Origin: Marinicella sp.
Lineage (GTDB): Bacteria > Pseudomonadota > Gammaproteobacteria > Xanthomonadales > Marinicellaceae
DNA: 64,000 nucleotides
Assembly (NCBI GenBank): GCA_965230295.1
Contig: OZ246001.1
Location: forward strand, 3,200,001 to 3,264,000
Direction of reading: 5' to 3'
Part shown: piece after piece, positions 58,743-64,000 of the stretch
How the letters are laid out: each line of letters begins with the position of its first letter
Position numbering within the stretch: position 1 is the stretch's first letter
Position numbers and translations under genes: made by a program
The notes under the pieces: generated by a model
Told to the model about the DNA's origin: nothing
The model's database searches: none
What the model saw: only the letters and a program-made list of their open reading frames with translations

Positions 58743-58904
58743 GGCTTGATATTGAGTTTCCAAGTCTGAAAATCCAAGCTAAGTTTACAGCTAAGTATGT
58801 GGGGTTAATAAAGAACTGAACTGATAGTTATTAAGTTCAGTGGCACAATTCAAAAGAAAAAAGAAAGGTAAAGAGTTTAATGATTTCGAGTGAATTCGAT
58901 TGAT

Positions 58905-58940
58905 AAAAAAACGCCTGCTGAAGAAAATTAACAGCAGGCG
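58905..58940 (-). terminator. Rho-independent terminator
   Basis: CGCCTGCTG-N11-CAGCAGGCG flanked by A7, giving a U-tract on the minus strand. Confidence 0.8.
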
Positions 58941-58963
58941 CAACGAGGTGATTCAATGATATA

Positions 58964-60400
58964 TCAATCGAAGTTACTTCTGAAGATCCGATCTCCCTTC
59001 CAGCCATATACGGTGGGTGACTGTGCACCACAACCCGTGGCTGCTGAGCAGCTTGATACACTGTACCACCAAATGTCCCAAATGGGGCCAGGTGCAAAAT
59101 GTGTGTAACTGTTACCCACAACATTGATGTTGAATGGTAATCCGACTGAAGGGATGATCAATACGTTGTATGATGTTGCACCTGCCACTGAACTCCAATT
59201 GACGACGATGCGATCATCGAATGTGCCCAGAGAGGCACTCACTGAATTGGGTGGAGCCAATGCGGTGTTGGCAGCCCAGCCTGTGTCCATGGCGCTGTGA
59301 TTGCCGCAACCCCATTGGTTACAAGCCCTGACAGAATACTCATAAGTGACACCAGGAATGGCGACTGTATCATCTGTAGTCGTACCTTGTACAAATGAAT
59401 TCCATAAGGTCCAGGTTGATTGACCTGGATCCCTGCGGTACAAAGCATAAGAAGTGGTGTTAGAAACCGTGGTCCATGTCACTCTGACACGATCGGTAAA
59501 GGTCCCGTCACTGGCAGCCACATTGGTTGGGGTTGTTGGTGGATTTCCGGTGGCAACCCACGTTTCATCAATGGTGAATGCACGCAAGGCTCCTGGAGAA
59601 CTGGTGGTGTTAAAATCAGATGCCGGGAACTGGATGTTTACATTACTCAGTGAGTTCAAGTCCAATACTCGGATACTGCTGTCACTGGCGGCATAATACA
59701 TGTAATGTTGCCCAGCTGGCCATTTGACAATTTCAAAATAGCGGTATTGACCGGGGTTGCTACCAACTTGTTGACTGAATGGGATTTCAACACCCGTGTA
59801 GTTCATGCTTGATTGGACGGGATTGAATTGTTTGAAGGAGCCATCGGCAGCGGCATACCACAAGAAGCCATTGTCATCGACTGCCAACTGTCTTAAGTTA
59901 CCAGGATTGGGTTCACTGTTGCCCCATCTGGTGAATGGAATGGTGTACATATAAGTGTTGTTAACCAAGTTATAGACTTTCACATCGCCTTGAGAAGTGG
60001 ATATGTACAAACGTCTGCTGTTTTCATCAATGGCCAAGGTTCTGATGGCGCCATAAAAACCATCGTTGATGTCATTGATGATGGGCCCAGCGCCACCTGA
60101 TGCCCAATCAATTGAGTGTACATGGTTGTCAGAGGCTGCATACCACATCAAGCCTTCTACACGATCAAATGCGATGTTGCGTCCGGTTGCAGGAGTGGGT
60201 GGGGTACCAAAAAAAGCAAACGGTCCCAATTGAGGGCCTGTGTATGGACCTACCGTCATGTTTTTGCCCATCAAGCTGCCATCTTCAAGAGAATAGAAAA
60301 TCACACCCAATGCATGGGTTTGACTTGTGAACAAAGCGAAAAATAAAAACACCCCAAAGGTGGTTACTGAAAATCTGTTTGTTTTTGCTGTATTTGTCAT
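58964..60400 (-). CDS. Secreted beta-propeller plus two FN3 domains, with DRIFRSNFD tag
   Basis: Repeated WY/YY-AASD/AAAD blades, ASDGTFTDRVRVTW and ASLGTFDDRIVVNW FN3 units. AGGA RBS before ATG 60400. Confidence 0.87.
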   Translation of the reverse strand: MTNTAKTNRFSVTTFGVFLFFALFTSQTHALGVIFYSLEDGSLMGKNMTVGPYTGPQLGPFAFFGTPPTPATGRNIAFDRVEGLMWYAASDNHVHSIDWASGGAGPIINDINDGFYGAIRTLAIDENSRRLYISTSQGDVKVYNLVNNTYMYTIPFTRWGNSEPNPGNLRQLAVDDNGFLWYAAADGSFKQFNPVQSSMNYTGVEIPFSQQVGSNPGQYRYFEIVKWPAGQHYMYYAASDSSIRVLDLNSLSNVNIQFPASDFNTTSSPGALRAFTIDETWVATGNPPTTPTNVAASDGTFTDRVRVTWTTVSNTTSYALYRRDPGQSTWTLWNSFVQGTTTDDTVAIPGVTYEYSVRACNQWGCGNHSAMDTGWAANTALAPPNSVSASLGTFDDRIVVNWSSVAGATSYNVLIIPSVGLPFNINVVGNSYTHFAPGPIWDIWWYSVSSCSAATGCGAQSPTVYGWKGDRIFRSNFD

Positions 60401-60786
60401 GATAATTCCTGTTTCTTTCAAGCCTAAAAAATAAAGGCGAAGATTGTTGTAAGTTCATATATTCATGCGTCGGCCATGAAAATATGGCGCCAGAAATTAC
60501 TGAGACCCAGTTCTCACTTTTTGAAATAAAACGGTGTTTTTAGCGAATTATTGGCATTTTTTTTCAAAATTTGTCCGTAAGCGCTGGTTGATAGATGATA
60601 TGAGGTTGTCGAATCATGCCTCAACCGACAACATTCTTTTTTCATTCAGGCTCCAAACCAATCTGGTTAACTTGGAAAAAGCACATTATTAGGCGTCAGA
60701 CACATGCAAGCCATCAATGAAGTTAATTTGAATGGTCAACCCACATAAACAGGCAGCTGTTAGAAGATAGGTTGTATACAGTCAAA

Positions 60787-60937
60787 AAGGAATGTCCTTG
60801 GGACTTCATTCACTTTTGTTCTTTACAAAAGTGAAAGCGGCCACGGCGGCCATGGCTTACTACTTCGGGCTTGCACTCTCTGACTCAGCTTGGCTTCGCC
60901 AACCGAGTGCGCCGGTCGAACTGTCCGACAGTTCTCC
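60787..60937 (+). mobile_element. Modular intergenic element, copy E (151-bp core without inserts, subfamily 2)
   Basis: Colinear, near-identical copy of 19160-19310. Confidence 0.8.
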
Positions 60938-61153
60938 CAAGTCTGTGATGGCTGAATAATAGTTGATGTGGATGGGTACTTAAATGAGTGGGCCTTTATT
61001 AGACAATAATTAACCAACTCTTTTGGGAAATTTGGTTTTTGTTATGAGTTTGATAATAAACCAGATGAACCGACAGATAATTAAGGTGAACTGAAGGAAC
61101 TTGTGGTGATAAACTCTTTATACTTGGACCCATGAATCAAAAATAATCGCTTT

Positions 61154-62221
61154 ATGCTCAAAGAAAAACTACTTAATAACAAAAACTATCAATTTTTTGC
61201 CCTCAATATTGCAGGTTGGGTGGGTTACTGTCTGACCTCGTATGTGGGGCTGTATTATTGGGATAAACCGGCCAAGTATTACTACATGTTATTACTGGGT
61301 TCGGTCATGGGTTTTATCATAACTATCTTCCTGCGGCTGATTTACCGTAAAATTTGGCACCATTCCATCTTCAACATCGTGTTGATGGTGTTGTTGGTCA
61401 GTTACATTTCTTCATTGGTATGGGTGGTGCCCTACAACATTGCCTTTTATGAATGGTTCAAAGGTGGTTGGAAACCAGAACACTGGACCACCTATTTTAT
61501 GGGTGGACCCAATATATTCTATATTTTGTTGTGTTGGAGCTGTTTGTACTTTGGCATCAAGTTTTATCAAGGCATGGAAAAAGCCAGCCAAAAGGCTTTG
61601 AAAGCCACTGCTTTGGCGCATCAGGCCCAACTGAAAATGTTGCGCTATCAATTGAATCCACACTTTTTATTCAACACTTTGAATGCCATTTCTACTTTGA
61701 TTTTGGATAACAGCAACAAAAGAGCGAATGAAATGGTGATTCGTTTGTCTAACTTTTTGCGACACTCATTGGATAATGATCCAATGCAGAAAGTGACCTT
61801 GGAACAAGAGGTGATGACATTGGAATTGTATTTAGGTATTGAAAAGGTCAGATTTGAAGACAATTTAAAGTTGGATTTTGTGATTGAAGAAGAAGCCAAA
61901 GAGGCATTGATTCCCAGTTTGATTTTACAACCGTTGGTTGAAAATTCCATCAAATATGCCATCACCAAATCTGAAAACGGTGGCACCATCAGCTTCAGAG
62001 CCAAAATATTTGGCAATGAATTGTTGATGGAGCTCAAAGATGATGGACCAGGCGTTGATTTGGTTGATGGTGAACTGCCTTGTGGAAGGGGCGTGGGTAT
62101 AGCCAATACCCGAGAACGATTGAATCAACTGTATGAAGATGGACATGCTTTTGCGGTATCCAATGTAGACCCACATGGCTTACAAATCAACATACGTTTG
62201 CCTTTCCAACAAGAACAATAA
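61154..62221 (+). CDS. LytS-family sensor histidine kinase
   Basis: Four TM helices, QLNPHFLFNTLN, LQPLVENSIKY and GVGIANTRERL. Confidence 0.95.
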   Translation: MLKEKLLNNKNYQFFALNIAGWVGYCLTSYVGLYYWDKPAKYYYMLLLGSVMGFIITIFLRLIYRKIWHHSIFNIVLMVLLVSYISSLVWVVPYNIAFYEWFKGGWKPEHWTTYFMGGPNIFYILLCWSCLYFGIKFYQGMEKASQKALKATALAHQAQLKMLRYQLNPHFLFNTLNAISTLILDNSNKRANEMVIRLSNFLRHSLDNDPMQKVTLEQEVMTLELYLGIEKVRFEDNLKLDFVIEEEAKEALIPSLILQPLVENSIKYAITKSENGGTISFRAKIFGNELLMELKDDGPGVDLVDGELPCGRGVGIANTRERLNQLYEDGHAFAVSNVDPHGLQINIRLPFQQEQ

Positions 62222-62233
62222 ACGGGGATTTGC

Positions 62234-63049
62234 ATGAACGAAAAAATCAGAACACTCATAGTAGATGATGAACTGTTGGCCAGGCGAGGCATGGCTTTGC
62301 GTTTGGATGAATACGAAGACATCGATGTGGTGGCGGAATGTGAAAATGGCCGAGAAGCCTTAGAAAAAATCACTGAACTCACACCGGATTTGGTTTTTCT
62401 AGACATCCAAATGCCTGGTATCAATGGCTTTGAAGTGGTTGAAAAAATGCAAAGTGATGACATGCCTTTGGTGGTTTTTGTCACAGCATTTGATAAGTAT
62501 GCGGTGGAAGCGTTTGAAGTGCATGCTGTTGATTATGTTTTGAAGCCCATTGAAGACAGTCGCTTAGAAGTGGCCATAGAACGGGTCAGAACCCAACTGA
62601 ATCAAAGCGATGCCACCAATCAAAAACAAAGGCTGATTGATTTGATCACCAACATCACCGGTAAAAAGCCTTCACAAATAGATCAGATGCTGGAAAATGG
62701 TCATGACTTGAAGTCGACTTATCCGGAAAAGCTGGCGATCAAGGATGCCGGCAAGACCACTTTAATTCCAGTGGCAGACATCAGCTGGGTGGAAGCTGCC
62801 GGTGATTATATGTGTATCCACAGCAACAACCCCAAACAAGTCAATGTGTTGCGCAGCACCATGAAAGATCTGGAGGAAAAACTCAATCCAGCGTTATTTC
62901 AAAGGGTACATCGATCCACGATTGTGAACATCGACTGTATTCAGAAGATCTGTTCACACATCAATGGTGAATATTTCTTGATTCTGGATGATGAGGCTAA
63001 GATTAAAATGAGCCGTTCCTACCGCAGCAAGATTAAGCACATCATTTGA
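62234..63049 (+). CDS. LytTR-family response regulator
   Basis: IVDDE, FLDIQMP, FVTAFD and FQRVHRSTIVN. Confidence 0.95.
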   Translation: MNEKIRTLIVDDELLARRGMALRLDEYEDIDVVAECENGREALEKITELTPDLVFLDIQMPGINGFEVVEKMQSDDMPLVVFVTAFDKYAVEAFEVHAVDYVLKPIEDSRLEVAIERVRTQLNQSDATNQKQRLIDLITNITGKKPSQIDQMLENGHDLKSTYPEKLAIKDAGKTTLIPVADISWVEAAGDYMCIHSNNPKQVNVLRSTMKDLEEKLNPALFQRVHRSTIVNIDCIQKICSHINGEYFLILDDEAKIKMSRSYRSKIKHII

Positions 63050-63069
63050 CATTTATTCGAAGAACTAAT

Positions 63070-63179
63070 GTCATCCTGAGCGTTGTCGAAGGATCTCCAA
63101 TAGATTTGAGATACCTCCATTACTGAGTTCGATCGATTTGACAAGTATTCGCCATCCCGAGCGCAGTCGAGGGATCTCC
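63070..63179 (+). repeat. Two tandem REP-like palindromic units
   Basis: GTCATCCTGAGCGTTGTCGAAGGATCTCC (63070-63098) and GCCATCCCGAGCGCAGTCGAGGGATCTCC (63151-63179). Confidence 0.7.
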
Positions 63180-63409
63180 CAATGACGGTTTGTTTTTCAA
63201 CCTCATCACACCGTTTCAGCACGAGATCACGCAAATTAACCCCTCTCAATCTTTAGAAATGAGTAAATAAACACCCCTGCCAGAAGTCATGAATGGCAAC
63301 ATTTTGATGTTTTTTATCGTATATTTTCGTCACTTAATCGCATTACCCTAGGCTTTCAACCTGGTTTATTAGATCATGTTTCGTATCAAGATTATTGTGG
63401 GCATGACAG

Positions 63410-64000
63410 ATGAAATTAACGACACAAGCACTGAAAAATCCGGCAGCCATTGGCATCGGTATTGTATTTATTGTATTCATGGGCGTGGTCAGTTTATTCA
63501 AACTCCCTGTTCAATTATTTCCTGATATTGAACGTCCCAGAATATCTATTCAAACCAATTGGCGATCGGCATCACCCCAAGAAGTGGAATCTGAAATAGT
63601 TGAACCTCAAGAGCAAATACTCAGGGGCATTCCCGGATTGTCCTCACTCAATGCTTTTGTTAATCGTGGTAATGCTTTTATCAACTTAGAGTTCGGTGTT
63701 GACACCAATATGGAGCAAACGCTGATCGAAGTGATCAGCCGCATGACTCGTTTACCACCACTGCCTGCAGATGCCACACCTCCAAGAATCATGCTCGGTG
63801 GCTTTGGCGGTGGTGGACCCGCGTTGACATGGTTTTTTCTGCAGGCTTTGCCAGAAAATGATCGCCACATTTTTGATTATTTTGAATATGTGGACTCAAC
63901 CATCAGGCCGCGACTAGAAAGTATTCCAGGGGTGTCCAGTGTTCAAACCTTTGATAACAACAATGCTGAAGAAATTCAAATCAGATTCGATCCGGTCAAG
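63410..64000 (+). CDS. RND efflux permease (AcrB/AcrD/AcrF family), 3'-truncated by the window
   Basis: Manual translation gives MKLTTQALKNPAAIGIGIVFIVFMGVVSLFKLPVQLFPDIERPRISIQTNWRSASPQEVESEIVEPQE. It is absent from the ORF track because no stop lies in the window. Confidence 0.92.
   Translation, partial: MKLTTQALKNPAAIGIGIVFIVFMGVVSLFKLPVQLFPDIERPRISIQTNWRSASPQEVESEIVEPQEQILRGIPGLSSLNAFVNRGNAFINLEFGVDTNMEQTLIEVISRMTRLPPLPADATPPRIMLGGFGGGGPALTWFFLQALPENDRHIFDYFEYVDSTIRPRLESIPGVSSVQTFDNNNAEEIQIRFDPVK

Noticed and set aside
13946-60937. Repeat family as a CRISPR array, integron attC array or retron msr-msd
   Set aside because: The copies are dispersed with no repeat-spacer periodicity, show no RYYYAAC/GTTRRRY boundaries, and have no cas, intI or reverse transcriptase gene in the window.
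63607-63870. 87-aa minus-strand ORF
   Set aside because: Antisense to the RND permease.

Overview
A 64 kb window of bacterial chromosome, most likely a marine gammaproteobacterium of the Xanthomonadales/Marinicella type. This is inferred from gene content only. It holds about 38 protein genes and no rRNA, tRNA, CRISPR array, integrase or transposase. Secreted proteins dominate: beta-propellers, beta-helices, a metzincin, FN3/Calx-beta/LamG proteins, a tri-heme HzsA-like protein, and a 2290-aa SpvB/FG-GAP/RHS toxin with a likely immunity gene. Signalling genes are also abundant: a hybrid two-component sensor, two Ser/Thr kinases, an ECF sigma factor, two FHA proteins and LytS/LytTR. Three signals stand out. 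(1) Nine unrelated Sec-secreted proteins share a 9-residue tag, D-x-[ILV]-[FYH]-x-[NDSA]-[GDNH]-F-[EDQ]. It lies at or near the C-terminus in seven and just after the signal peptide in two, which suggests an uncharacterised sorting or docking system. (2) A family of five co-oriented intergenic elements (151-632 bp) has a covarying ~150-nt core into which hairpin cassettes are inserted, sometimes nested. Cassettes of the same class keep their architecture but differ in sequence, and several carry c(GNA)g triloops on the minus strand. (3) An identical TGACAGT-N16-CGTAT motif lies upstream of both a kinase-ECF sigma pair and the adjacent operon of secreted proteins, two of which carry the tag.
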